Positions 31,515 to 42,526 of a stretch of 64,000 bases of DNA are shown here, in pieces (within the stretch, counting starts at the first letter, position 1; each line of letters opens with the position of its first letter). The notes under the pieces are model-generated. The model ran no database searches, was not told the DNA's origin, and worked only from the letters and a program-made list of their open reading frames with translations. Origin of the DNA: Cyanophora paradoxa CCMP329 (taxonomy: Eukaryota; Plantae; Glaucophyta); NCBI GenBank assembly GCA_004431415.1, contig QPMI01000483.1, forward strand, positions 1 to 64,000. Direction: 5' to 3'. The translations under genes and the position numbers were made by a program.

Positions 31515-32903
31515 CTAGAGGTTCACCTTGCGAAGGCCCGCAGCATCAACAATTAGGACAGTGTGCAGGAGAGCGCGAACCTGGACGTAAATCTTGTTGT
31601 TTGCATCGTAAGCAGCCGGGTTCATGATATTCAGGAAGCAGCTGCTGGAGTTCGTCAGATCTACGAAACCAGTTTGAGCAGCATTTCGGATCGATTTATC
31701 CCCACTAATGCAAAATGGCAAACCAGTCAGAACATATCTGTTAAGAGGCGCGTCGAGATTCGTGCACTTGAAGACATCAGCGATGAGTTCAGCACCTTGC
31801 AATAGAGGAACAGGCTCGTTTGAATAAAGCCGCTGGCCATTCAATTCGCAGGAAATAGTTATATCACGAGTATTTGCCTCGGTTTTGAGGACACTGTGTT
31901 TTCCATCAGTTTGGTTCATATTTGTCTGCTTACGAATGCTAACGAATAGGCCGTAGCAAAGTCCACTGATCTGTGACAGGTTGATCCGGGTTGGCGCACC
32001 AGCACCCGCATAAGTAATTGAATCAGCATCAACCCAGCCGACATCGGTAGCGGGAATTGCGATTCCAGACGTTTTGACTTTCTCAATCACCTGGGCAAAA
32101 GTGGCCTCATCAACGTTGATGCAATGAGCAGTAATCTTTGGATTAGAAAGCTCCGGATTGGCAGGGGTGACACTGAGAACATTGGCAGTTATATTCTGAC
32201 CGATGTTTGCAGGGGATGCAGCGGCGGCTCCCACGCTCCCGAGTCCATCTTCTTGAGTCGCATCACCGCCTATGGCATATTCTTTTACAAACCTACCACC
32301 ATAGCTGGTTTCAACAAAGCCCTGGGCACGATCACGGAACCAAACCTCGACAGACACCTCGCCAGATAGAGCACCAATTGGGAGCACAGAACCCTCCCAT
32401 GGACAGGGGATTTTTACACTGAAAATGCCTCCAGTGCGATTGGTACCCTGCGGGGGTGTTCCATGGAGCCAGCCACCGGACCGGTACTTCTTTTTAAGCT
32501 GAGCATCATCATTGAAAATCAGAGCGCTGTGAACAAGCCAGTCCTCGGGGACAATGTAGCTGTAGGAAGCATATTTGATTTCGATTCGCTTTACGAGAGC
32601 ACCAACAGACCGCAAATACCCAGTGCGAACCAGGTCAGTGTCACCAGTAAATGCTGTCAGCTCTGGAAGGGTAAACTGGAGTTCGAGCCCCTGAAGGAAA
32701 TTGTAGCGGGGCAGGAAATAAGTAACCCTCTTTCCGAAGCAGTCTCCATAGTCATTGCTTGGGTTGACAACAACACGCACAGGCTTTGTTTGGCTGGTTA
32801 GACCTAACATAAGCTCATTGTTCATGAAGAAGTCCTTTGCTTCCTGCGGAGTTGTCAGGAGCTCTTTGAGACCGAGCCGCTGCAAGTTTTGGGTAACATC
32901 CAT
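31515..32903 (-). CDS. Major capsid protein, double jelly-roll, 462 aa
   Basis: FGKRVTYFLPR...LQFTLPEL...ALVKRIEI N-terminal pattern typical of DJR MCPs. Size and position between the ATPase and penton fit. Confidence 0.75.
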   Translation of the reverse strand: MDVTQNLQRLGLKELLTTPQEAKDFFMNNELMLGLTSQTKPVRVVVNPSNDYGDCFGKRVTYFLPRYNFLQGLELQFTLPELTAFTGDTDLVRTGYLRSVGALVKRIEIKYASYSYIVPEDWLVHSALIFNDDAQLKKKYRSGGWLHGTPPQGTNRTGGIFSVKIPCPWEGSVLPIGALSGEVSVEVWFRDRAQGFVETSYGGRFVKEYAIGGDATQEDGLGSVGAAAASPANIGQNITANVLSVTPANPELSNPKITAHCINVDEATFAQVIEKVKTSGIAIPATDVGWVDADSITYAGAGAPTRINLSQISGLCYGLFVSIRKQTNMNQTDGKHSVLKTEANTRDITISCELNGQRLYSNEPVPLLQGAELIADVFKCTNLDAPLNRYVLTGLPFCISGDKSIRNAAQTGFVDLTNSSSCFLNIMNPAAYDANNKIYVQVRALLHTVLIVDAAGLRKVNL

Positions 32904-32948
32904 TGAAGTATATAATTGCAGTGAAAGAAAATAATTTGGGCGCTTAGC

Positions 32949-33905
32949 TCAATTTGACGAATTGATCCAAGGATATGTCTTTGACCTTTTCTGGAGCTGA
33001 AGCTTTGCAAGCTCGTAGACAACATCACCATTGGGTTCGTCTGGACCATAACGAATTTCGAGAATAAATGAGACAGGAGCTCCATTTAAATCAGCAATTC
33101 GCTGCATAAAATCGTAAATCTCAATAGTCACAGAGTAGAGGTCCAGCTTTGAATAAACATACTTATACAAAGGAGTTGCTTCAGTTGAATCATAGTATGC
33201 TATCTCGCCAGGACGAAGGCTGTTTGGAATGCTAATTTTGGCAAAGAAGCCAGGTATTGAAGTATTGGGCATACTGACAAGGTCACCAATTTCAGGAATG
33301 CGTAGGAGCACATGATCATCGGGAGTGACATCAGGTTCATAAGCGCCCTCTATATATTGAACATCGACAGATAAATCCTTAGACCGGATCGGTAGAATTG
33401 ATCGCAGCCCCAGAAGTTTTGCAGTTCGCTGAGCCCTTGCAACGGCCTGGTAGTTTCTGACTTCCCGCCCACCCTGGCTAGGTGGCAACATCAGAGCAAT
33501 AAAGAACTCGAAGCTAGCTGTGAACCCTATTAATTTAACCGCTGAATTATACGTGCACGTGATACCAGTCCCCGTCAACCTTTCGTTTATCTTAGTCACA
33601 AGCGAGGTGACGTCGTAATTTCCAGGTGGAATCGCAATGTTATTCCACACACCAAAGCCTGGCTGAGGTGGGTCTGGTCCCTCATTTGCAGGATCATATT
33701 TGCACCAATATATATAGGTGTCAAAGACCAAATCCTCTGCTGGATCGAGTATATCAATTGTGCTCATTGTGTTGGGGATCTCAGCTGATACCAAGCGCAC
33801 AGCTTTCACATCCTGATAAATTTTAGGCAGTCTAACCTTGAATTTTGAGGTTGATAAAAGCTCATCTGCTAGGTGACTTGCAATGCAGACGTAGTCCGTC
33901 GGCAT
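32949..33905 (-). CDS. Minor capsid / penton-like protein 1
   Basis: FKVRLP..YQDVKAVRLVSAEIPN, IPPGNY, TIEIYD...DLNGAPVSFILEI pattern of PLV/NCLDV single-jelly-roll pentons. Confidence 0.75.
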   Translation of the reverse strand: MPTDYVCIASHLADELLSTSKFKVRLPKIYQDVKAVRLVSAEIPNTMSTIDILDPAEDLVFDTYIYWCKYDPANEGPDPPQPGFGVWNNIAIPPGNYDVTSLVTKINERLTGTGITCTYNSAVKLIGFTASFEFFIALMLPPSQGGREVRNYQAVARAQRTAKLLGLRSILPIRSKDLSVDVQYIEGAYEPDVTPDDHVLLRIPEIGDLVSMPNTSIPGFFAKISIPNSLRPGEIAYYDSTEATPLYKYVYSKLDLYSVTIEIYDFMQRIADLNGAPVSFILEIRYGPDEPNGDVVYELAKLQLQKRSKTYPWINSSN

Positions 33906-33932
33906 CTTTTTTATATCAGTTAGAGAATAAAA

Positions 33933-34823
33933 ATGCGGCTTACCTTTGACAGCAGAGACAGAAGGCCAATCGATTCAGAGGCAAACTTTGTGCTCGAAAT
34001 CAATGAGCCTATAATCAATCCAGTTGCTGTTCGACTTACCCAGTGTGAGTTCGCAAATAGTCTTTATACCAGCATTAAAGATGAGTATCTTTCGATCACC
34101 TTTCCCAACATTTGGACGGAAAATCTGGCGGTTTTTGAGCCTGGCATAATTACGACTGCAAATATGGGCGAAACAGATATTTACAATTTTGGCCTATCGT
34201 TTAAGTTTGAACTGGGGGAATCGTAATTGCATATTTCAAATTGTTTCGGGACCCAGAGACACTGAAGATGTCTGCCTATTGCAACCGTTCCTGCACAGTG
34301 ACCTGCCAGTTCAAAGCTCTATCAAATCTGCTCGGGCTGAACAGAAATGAGCCCTTCAGCTGACTCCTTTCGTGATTGAAGGAGGGCAAAGACCAGTGAC
34401 TGCAGCTGAGCGGTATCTAGAGGTTGCTGGCATTCCAGTAACACCATCACACCCTGAGTACGGCATCGATTTCACCGAAAGAATGCGGAGTGAGCCACTT
34501 GGTTATGCTGTCGAATTTCCAAAGATAATCGATATGAATAGCGACCAGTACCTCTTCCTTGTCTGCGAAGAGCTGCGGCCATTTGCTTCAAAGCTTCGCC
34601 GCGGGCCAAAACAATGTGCAATTATGGGCTTGCTCGAATTCAAATGAGCCAGGACGTTGGCAAGTTCGTTTACATAAATCAGGATCACAACGGCGAATGG
34701 ATCCCCATCGAAGAGCGTCTTGTGTTGACTTCCTTGCGACTGCGCATTGTAGACAGAGATGGTGATGATGTATCACTGAACGGCCTGCCTTGGTCTGGTG
34801 AACTGCAGTTCATAACTAGGTAA
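33933..34823 (+). CDS. Minor capsid / penton-like protein 2; frameshifted here, intact 297 aa at 50750-51643
   Basis: FDSRDR...NPVAVRL...FANSLY...LRIVDRDGDDVSLNGLPWSGEL. Three 1-bp homopolymer deletions relative to copy 2. Confidence 0.7.
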
Positions 34824-34946
34824 AGCCGAAGGGTCGCAGACGAGCAGCGACGCTGCGCCTAAGGAGCCCGAAGGGCAAGAATGCCCATCTTGGCTTTCGC
34901 CTTCTTGGCTCCGCACTGATTTTAAAAGCGGCACAATATATCAAAA

Positions 34947-35279
34947 ATGTCGCAGTTGATGCCCATAGCTCAGATTGAAAAGTACTTGCCATTGATGCGG
35001 GACAAAAAAGTATCACTTGTTGCGATTGGAGATAAGCCAAGCACACAAACAAACATAGGTTTTCTGCAAGCTTACCGCCGATTTGGTCCTGACGGAATAA
35101 AAAAGGAGCTCGCAACCAAAAACACAACTTGGTATCAGCGAAGAGAGAATTACATTAAGAGGCGACTGGGAGGGCGTAATGGAGCACCATTCTGGGAGAA
35201 AGATAAATCTGGCAGAACTATTCCAACACGTCTTGGACTCTCTCTGATTTCCTGGGCATTCATGCCGCCGCCTAATTAA
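34947..35279 (+). CDS. 110-aa basic protein of unknown function
   Basis: ORF preceded by ATATATCAAAAATG; ends PTRLGLSLISWAFMP. Confidence 0.6.
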   Translation: MSQLMPIAQIEKYLPLMRDKKVSLVAIGDKPSTQTNIGFLQAYRRFGPDGIKKELATKNTTWYQRRENYIKRRLGGRNGAPFWEKDKSGRTIPTRLGLSLISWAFMPPPN

Positions 35280-36756
35280 TGTAACGACCTCGGAAATCAA
35301 CCCGGAACGCATTCGCATTTATAAATTCGTTTGTTATAATTTGCACATAGTTATAAACCTGTGGGGTGATCAAATGCGAGTCACTATGCATTAGATCAAA
35401 GCCTGTCATAGATGGGTGTGCAGCAAGCACATTTGCTAGGACCGTATTTTCAAAAAGCCTCCCATCTTGGACATATCCTAAGTTGGTCAGAATGCTGAAA
35501 TTAAATAGGACTCCGGCAGCAAAGGCTGGCCCATACATAATGATTTGATGTAGCTCAAAAGGCTTGGGAAACTCGACTTTGATCCAGGGATTAGGTAATG
35601 TTCCCCCCTGAAACCCTGTAGAGTTGGGTCGCACATGAGAAGGTGGGTGCAATTCCTCGAAGTCGTTGCTTGTGATATTCGCATCTGGAATTATAAACCA
35701 GTTGACATCAAATGGAGGCTCAACTGTTAAAGTAGACGATATGATAAGTCTCTCATCGTTCAGTAGGTCGTAGTTCGCCAATAGAAAGCTGCAGAGTGCA
35801 TTTATTTTAGCATTTATTTCGATTTGTTTCAGCCATAAGTCAGTTGTGGAAATCAAATAAGAAATATTCGATGGAGAGGCATCATCAAGCTTGCTCATGA
35901 CTGCAGCTGGCAGCGGAACACTTAAACGCCAGTATCTTGTTAGATTCCTATCCGCATCAACTGGAAGCAGTTCCTGCATTTGAAAGTGGGATTCCAGCTC
36001 GCTACCAGCCATTAGCATAGAAATGATTGGGCTGCCTGAGAGGGATAGGATCCAGCCCAGGGCGCCCCAGCCTGACGTCTCCGAATTCGAAAAGCCTGCA
36101 GTCAATTGCTCGCTAGCTTGGACCTCTCCACAGCTGATGCTCACAAGAACAATTGGATCTTCTGCATCGTAAATTTTGCTGGCGTGGCTGAGTGCAGCAA
36201 CTGAGGGATTATTCAAACAGGCAATGGCCCCGTCAACAAGGTTTTTGTCCCCTAGAACCTTCGGTGGAAAGAATGTAGGCGCTGCAGAAGATGCTCTCAC
36301 TGCATCACGAATCAGCGTGCTTGAGTACGGCCCATCCTTTGTAAAAACTACTGGCTGCATCCGAACTGTATCAAACGCTGTAATTAATACGTCTTTTGTC
36401 GATTCTGCAATTGTGTAGTCCAGGGCAACGTCTGTAAGCACCGACTCCAGAGGATTTGCATCATAGCGGCTTCCTGAGAGCAAGCTTGTCAGTGATCTTG
36501 GATTTGCAAATATTGTTGGCAGGTTCGTTTGATATAGACTCAAGATATCACCTGCAGAATATCGGTAAGCAAGAACAGAGCCTGGAGTTGATGGGATCGC
36601 CAATCCGGCCGCTATTATTGCCCCTGTTGAGGTGCCTGCAAAGAAATCAAACAGCTGTGGTATTGCTTTCCCAGTAATCGCCTCAATCCGCTGTAGAATT
36701 CGGGCTATGACTATTCCACGAGCACCTCCACCTGATAGTGAGAGAATGACCTTCAT
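35272..36756 (-). CDS. Patatin-like phospholipase with an extra C-terminal beta domain (possibly discoidin/F5-8-like)
   Basis: LSLSGGGARG (oxyanion loop), AGTSTG (Ser nucleophile), DGA (Asp). C-terminal PWIKVEFPKPFELHQIIMYG. Confidence 0.9.
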   Translation of the reverse strand: MKVILSLSGGGARGIVIARILQRIEAITGKAIPQLFDFFAGTSTGAIIAAGLAIPSTPGSVLAYRYSAGDILSLYQTNLPTIFANPRSLTSLLSGSRYDANPLESVLTDVALDYTIAESTKDVLITAFDTVRMQPVVFTKDGPYSSTLIRDAVRASSAAPTFFPPKVLGDKNLVDGAIACLNNPSVAALSHASKIYDAEDPIVLVSISCGEVQASEQLTAGFSNSETSGWGALGWILSLSGSPIISMLMAGSELESHFQMQELLPVDADRNLTRYWRLSVPLPAAVMSKLDDASPSNISYLISTTDLWLKQIEINAKINALCSFLLANYDLLNDERLIISSTLTVEPPFDVNWFIIPDANITSNDFEELHPPSHVRPNSTGFQGGTLPNPWIKVEFPKPFELHQIIMYGPAFAAGVLFNFSILTNLGYVQDGRLFENTVLANVLAAHPSMTGFDLMHSDSHLITPQVYNYVQIITNEFINANAFRVDFRGRYIN

Positions 36757-36780
36757 TTTTAAAAGGGGGCTTATATAAAA

Positions 36781-39700
36781 ATGTCCTACATCTTGAAGAA
36801 GCCAGTGCCACTTCGTAAAGCTCCAGATCTCGTGGATGATCGACATATAAATATTCGCGTTTTCGGAAGCATCTTGGCTGACTACAATGCTGATCGTGAC
36901 ATCCACAGGACCGAGTTTAATCGACCAGCTGCATTAATTCTGCGCAACTCACATGTTGGCGCCCCGGATATTGCACAGAGATTTTGTCTGGGACCAGCTG
37001 AGAATTATGTTGCTGAAATAATCGGATCCAGGGCGTTGCCGCGGCACCTGCGCATTGCCTCCTCAGGCACAGTTTCGAAGTATGATTCTGGTAGATTAAT
37101 CTTTAGGCTCCAAAATGATAGAGGGGTCCACACATCAGCTCTACGTCTAATTGATGAATCCAATGCTGTCACAAACAAGACTGCGGCTCACATTACAGGG
37201 CGAATTCTCCTTGGCGAAGATGCAGGAATATCAGTGCTAGCATCACAAATCCAGCCGTTTCCCTGGGATTTACTTTTTACAGCTGCACGAGAAGCAAATA
37301 TTTTATACGGTTTTGATGTAAATCAAATCGATACCGAGCCAGCCACCAGGTTAGATATTCCTGGATGCACCTTTGGCTCTATCTTGATTGAGGCTGACAG
37401 GCACCTGCTCCCGGCGTTGCATGACAGTTACGATCTAGGGCTCCGCACCAGGCAGTGGCGAAATATTCACGGAACAAGTATTTACCAAGATGGCAAAAAA
37501 GTAATCACTGAGCCGGAGATAATAAACATATTCAACTACTACTTTGGACCTATTGTCCCTATACCACCTATTCCGCCTCTTCCAGGGCTACCAAAGCCGC
37601 CAACCCCGGACGGACCAGGTCGAGAGCGAGTTGCTGATGAAACAGTTCCTTTCGGGCAAAATATTATTTCGTGGGAGGCTGTCAGGAATCGCCCAGTGAT
37701 AGAACCCTATAAGCATCCGCACGAAGAGTACCTGTCACCTGATATCGAAGTTTTCCCGCTAGAAATGTACACAGAGCCGGAGGAGCAATTAATTCCCGAC
37801 GGATTAGACGTTCAAGAACTCGAGTACGAGCAGCCTGTGATTCCGCATGAGCAGTTGCTTCCAGATGGATTCGAACCTATTCTGTTTCCCTTGGAGTTCA
37901 CCATAGATTGGGAATCAATTACGAACAAACCTGAGACTTTTCCACCGGAAGATCACAGACATAACTGGGATGAAATCGATAATAAACCGTTGCAATTTCC
38001 ACCAGAAGATCATAGACACGACTGGGATGATATCGATAATAAACCGCTTAAATTTCCACCAGAGGATCATAGACACGACTGGGGTGACCTTGATAATGTT
38101 CCGCTTGAATTTCCACCGGAAGATCACAGACACATTTGGAGCGAAATAGATGAGCAGCCCGAGTTCGCAAAGATTGAGCTTCCTGTCACACTAGCTGTCT
38201 CTCTCTACAAATCAATTAACACCCTGAAAGGTTATATTTAAACGAACATTACGTCCACAGGCAGGGAATTCGTGCCAACACTGACATGTCAGGCTCTTTG
38301 TTTGTAAGGATTCCCCGTGGAATGGAGATTGTTGCTGCAGGTGGAAATATTGGTTTGCAGGACACGTTCCCAAGTATTTATGTCACAAACTACTACGCCT
38401 CTGACATCGAAATGACATCTGTTCTCCCTCCTTTGCCTTCTCTGCCATTAGATCCTCTCTCCCATGCTGATCATCACTGTGCAATCCAAATTAATGTTAC
38501 AGATGTTAGCGATTTAGATTCATCGAGACCGAAATTAGTTTTTAGCCGTGAACGCCTTTTACCCAATGCTCTGATAGGAAATCGAGATGATTATAAGAAA
38601 TGCGAAATAGCATGGATAAAAACGAACTATAACGGTGGAGTTGGGGAGGGCATTTTAGAAATTAATCAGAGGGCAGCAGCAAAAAACATTCACAACGAGA
38701 CTATATCCAGAGTGGTCACAGAGGATTACCTTCAAGCCCAAAATTATGTAGATGAAACAGAGCTCGCTTTAGTTATTGCAGGTCAAGCTGTGACAGGGAA
38801 TTACCTGCCCTTGACAGGAGGAACTATTGACGGAACAGTGACTGCTGACAACTTTTTTGTTCACACTGAAAGTGATCAGACCTTCCCTGTGGTTCACCCA
38901 GGAGCTGAGTACGAGATTCCTATTGATCCTGCTATCATGCCGATCAAAATCGATCTCCCTTCCGATTATGTTGGACGGGGTGAACTGAAAATAATCTCAT
39001 TCACAGGAGACTATAATGATCTCCTGAATAAACCAACTGCTGCAAACCTGCACCCTGTTGCTTATTCAGGTAGCTTCCTTGATCTTAATAATAGATCACA
39101 CACTCACACAAAGGCAGAAATCACAGATTTTGCACACACTCACACCAAATCCCAGATAACAGATTTTGCTCACTTCCACACCAGAGCAGATATTACTAAT
39201 TTCGCTCACACTCATTTTAAATCTGAGATAACAGATTTTGCTCACACTCACACAAAGTCACAGATTACAGATTTTGCCCACACTCATACTAAGGCAGAGA
39301 TTACAGATCTTGGAAATGTCTCTTATGTGGGTCACACTCATACTAAGAGTGAGATAACAGATTTTGCACACACCCACACCAAAGGTGAAATTACAGACTT
39401 TGCACATACTCACACTAAATCTCAAATTACAGATTTTGCACACACTCATGTTTGGGTAGATATTACAGATCGACCTTCTCTTGATCCCTTCACAGCAAAT
39501 ACAATCACAGCAAACAATACCATGTATGTAGGATCAGGTTCCATTCTAAATTATGACCCCTACATTATGCCTGATCCTCCTCTCATTTGGAATTTCCACC
39601 ATTCAACCCTTTCTACTAACTCTATATCTTACTATCAGGATAAAACCCTACTTGTTCGTGGAAATGCATATGCAAGAGAAATGTGGGTCATGGATCCTCG

Positions 39701-40046
39701 GGACAATTCAAAGGTTACTAAGCTGGCTCCTCAATACATGCTTGATAACCTGATTAGAAAAGGGAGACATGAAATGACAATTGCAAATCCTCAAATTGGG
39801 GGCAGTTCAGCAAGGCAAAACCATACCATTACATTAAATTGGAGTCCTGCCTTTGCATCTGCTCCATCTGTTGTTGTAACATTGCAGGGACTACCTGCAA
39901 CAAATGTGGAAATCGATTATAAAATAGGAATATCAAGCAACTCAACAACCTCTACCACAATCAATCTTGTTATTTGGGCAGCAGGATGGGTAACCATTCA
40001 ACCACAGTGGCTTCAAATTGCAATTCATTGGATAGCAACAGCATAA
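36781..40046 (+). CDS. Phage-tail-fibre-like protein, about 1088 aa after correcting a 1-bp frameshift near 38223
   Basis: 4x FPPEDHRHxWxxIxNKP, YLPLTGGT, GDYNDLLNKP, 10x AHTHTKxxITDF, C-terminal H-type-lectin-like FASAPSVVVTL. Copy 2 reads through this frameshift. Confidence 0.8.
37909..38166 (+). repeat. Coding tandem repeat, 57 bp x ~4.5
   Basis: WxxIxNKPxxFPPEDHRH units. Confidence 0.9.
39096..39473 (+). repeat. Coding tandem repeat, 36 bp x 10 (His-x-His units)
   Basis: AHTHTKSQITDF-type units with many synonymous differences. Confidence 0.92.
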
Positions 40047-40071
40047 TTAAGATTCTCACACTATTACAAAG

Positions 40072-41142
40072 ATGACCTCTCTATTAGAAATCCCAAATTA
40101 TGAACTTGCAGCCAAATCACTCCATAGCACCTCTCATGGAGTGGTTGATTCAACCCCTGGGTATATTTGCACTGAAACTTCAAGCAACACCTCTTTCACA
40201 GAGAATAATATACTCAGAGTCAAAGAGATTAGATGTGATCGAAATGGAGGCAATATAAGAACCACAGGTATTATAATCTCGAATAAAAATCAAGTTCAAG
40301 CAGGTCAGGTAGTCCCCGATTCAGCAATCTATGATAATGTGGGTGGATTCACCACTGCACAGATAGTGACTTTCGATAACACAATAAATAATTCGGCTCT
40401 TGTAGTCAGAAGTGGAGGTGCCTATATTGGTGATGGGGCAATTGTGGTGGGTACTGTCACAGCAAATCAATTGAATGTGAATGGGACAAGTTCATTCACA
40501 GGTTTGATGACTTTTAATGGTGGTCTCTCAGGGAACTTTCAGTATCAAACTATCACAGCTACTACAAGAATAAACACACCTGAGACAGATAATGGGACAG
40601 ATGCAAATGTGAACTACAAACGAAATGGAAATACAGTATTTTCTCTTGGAAAGACAACTCAAACAGATAATACAACTGTTCAACTCCTGACACTTCCGAC
40701 AGACAAGTATCTCAAATTAAGTAGTCATCCTCGTTTCTTTGCAACAAAACAAGCGCCCAATACTTCAAAAGATACAAACTTCGCTGCAAGTGGAACAACT
40801 TTGTTCTCATCAACAGGAGTCATAGTCAACCATGGAAATAATTTCGATCCTGCAACAGGGAGTTTTACTGCACCTGTTTCTGGAAACTACCTCGTATTTT
40901 TCCATGCGTCTGGTTACAATACTGCTAAAAGCAATACTTATTTGACCTCTTTGCTTAAAAATGGGACAACATTCGGAATAAATTCTAACTCTCAAAATGC
41001 AACAGGAAATGCAACTGTTGGTTTTGATATTATTGTGAACCTTGTAGCTAATGATTCGATCAGGCTTGTCAATTCAGGAGATGCAGGAGTAAACTACAAT
41101 ATCAGATACTTCTTTGGATGTATGCTTGTCCATTCATTATAA
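40072..41142 (+). CDS. Spike-like paralogue 1: shared N-terminal module plus C1q/TNF-like head
   Basis: VNHGNNFDPATGSFTAPVSGNYLVFF...LVANDSIRL...FFGCML is a gC1q signature. Confidence 0.8.
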   Translation: MTSLLEIPNYELAAKSLHSTSHGVVDSTPGYICTETSSNTSFTENNILRVKEIRCDRNGGNIRTTGIIISNKNQVQAGQVVPDSAIYDNVGGFTTAQIVTFDNTINNSALVVRSGGAYIGDGAIVVGTVTANQLNVNGTSSFTGLMTFNGGLSGNFQYQTITATTRINTPETDNGTDANVNYKRNGNTVFSLGKTTQTDNTTVQLLTLPTDKYLKLSSHPRFFATKQAPNTSKDTNFAASGTTLFSSTGVIVNHGNNFDPATGSFTAPVSGNYLVFFHASGYNTAKSNTYLTSLLKNGTTFGINSNSQNATGNATVGFDIIVNLVANDSIRLVNSGDAGVNYNIRYFFGCMLVHSL

Positions 41143-41166
41143 TATTGCCCACAATATATATAAAGT

Positions 41167-42183
41167 ATGACCACTCAAATAGCTGTCCCTGTTTTCTGTT
41201 ATGCAGCGCCGAAATTGCATCAACTCAACCATACAGTAACAGATGCTACCCCAGGTTTCATTTGCACTGAAACAACAGGGGCAGATTCATTTTCGCAAAA
41301 CTCTGTGATAAGATGTAAAGAAATTCGATGCGATCGAAATGGAGGAAGGTAAGAACCACAGGTCTCATTGTTTCTAACAAGAACCAAGTTCAAACAGGTC
41401 AGATTGTTTCAGATCCCGCAATATATGATGATGTTGGAGGGTTCACCACACCAAAAATAGTAACTTTGATAATACAATCAATAACTCTGCTCTTGTAGTA
41501 AGAAGTGGAGGCGCTTATATTGGAGATGGGCAATGATTGATGGAACCCTTACAGCAAATCAAGTAGACATTACAGGAACAAGCACATTTACAGGATTGGT
41601 TACAGCGAATGCTGGTATAAGTATTCCTAACTTCACACAATCAATAATCACAGCATCTACTAAGGTTGTCTCTCCTGAAATTGATACAGGAGCCGATGTC
41701 AATTTTCTGTTAAAACGAAATAGTAACACTGTTGCTACTCTTGAAGCCAATAGTTTGACAGTAAATGCAGGATGCTATCTCAAAACATCACACCCACGAT
41801 TTTCAGTTCAGCTTGGATATGCTCACACTGCTACTGCTGCTGCTGCTCTGATAAACTGGGCAACAATTCGGGTAAACAATACAAACTCATTTAGCACATC
41901 AACAGGAAGATTTACAGCACCTGTTGCAGGACACTATCGATTTTCGGTGTTCTCATTTTCAACCACATCAGCTACAATCGAATTATTTATAAAAGTGAAT
42001 GATGCAGATCCTGGGGGTTTAAGCATTTCCCAAATCCACAGCAGCACACACACCAATAAAGCATTGTGTTTCTCTTGCATTTTAAATCTTGCCCAAAATG
42101 AGTATGTGACACTGGTCTCAGGCTCTTCTGGTTCATATTCAAGTATAACAGGTTTTTCGGGTGAATTGATTAGCATCGTTTAA
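41167..42183 (+). CDS. Spike-like paralogue 2: shared N-terminal module plus C1q head; frameshifted here, intact at 57980-58999
   Basis: VNNTNSFSTSTGRFTAPVAGHYRF...LAQNEYVTL...FSGELI. Confidence 0.8.
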
Positions 42184-42205
42184 TTTTCTCATAGTAGATT
42201 AAGAA

Positions 42206-42469
42206 ATGTCGAATATCTACCATGTAGCCCTCTCAGAAACTGAAAATTTGGGAATGGAATATTGCTCTGCTTCTGTTCAGGATTGGATTGATAATGCTGC
42301 CCACAACAGAGCAAGAATTGCAATTGATGAGATTGTTCAGAAAGAGATTCAATCTTGCATTGCAGCTGGGATTCAAATACCATCCTCAAAGGAGGCTATT
42401 GTTTTACAGGCTTTCCAAAGGGGAACTGTCAAAAAAGGTATCGAGTATAACAATGTCACAGAAGAGTAG
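42206..42469 (+). CDS. 87-aa protein of unknown function (possible fibre chaperone)
   Basis: Compact ORF within the fibre/spike cluster. Function is inferred from position only. Confidence 0.55.
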   Translation: MSNIYHVALSETENLGMEYCSASVQDWIDNAAHNRARIAIDEIVQKEIQSCIAAGIQIPSSKEAIVLQAFQRGTVKKGIEYNNVTEE

Positions 42470-42526
42470 CAGAGCTAGCGCTATAGCTTGTCTGCAGCCT
42501 ATTTTTTTCTCTTTCGTTTCTATTAA

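Noticed and set aside
36757-36906. N-terminal 50 aa of the 544-aa patatin ORF
   Set aside because: Overlaps the fibre gene on the other strand. The ATG at 36756 has the A-rich context and starts directly at the patatin fold.
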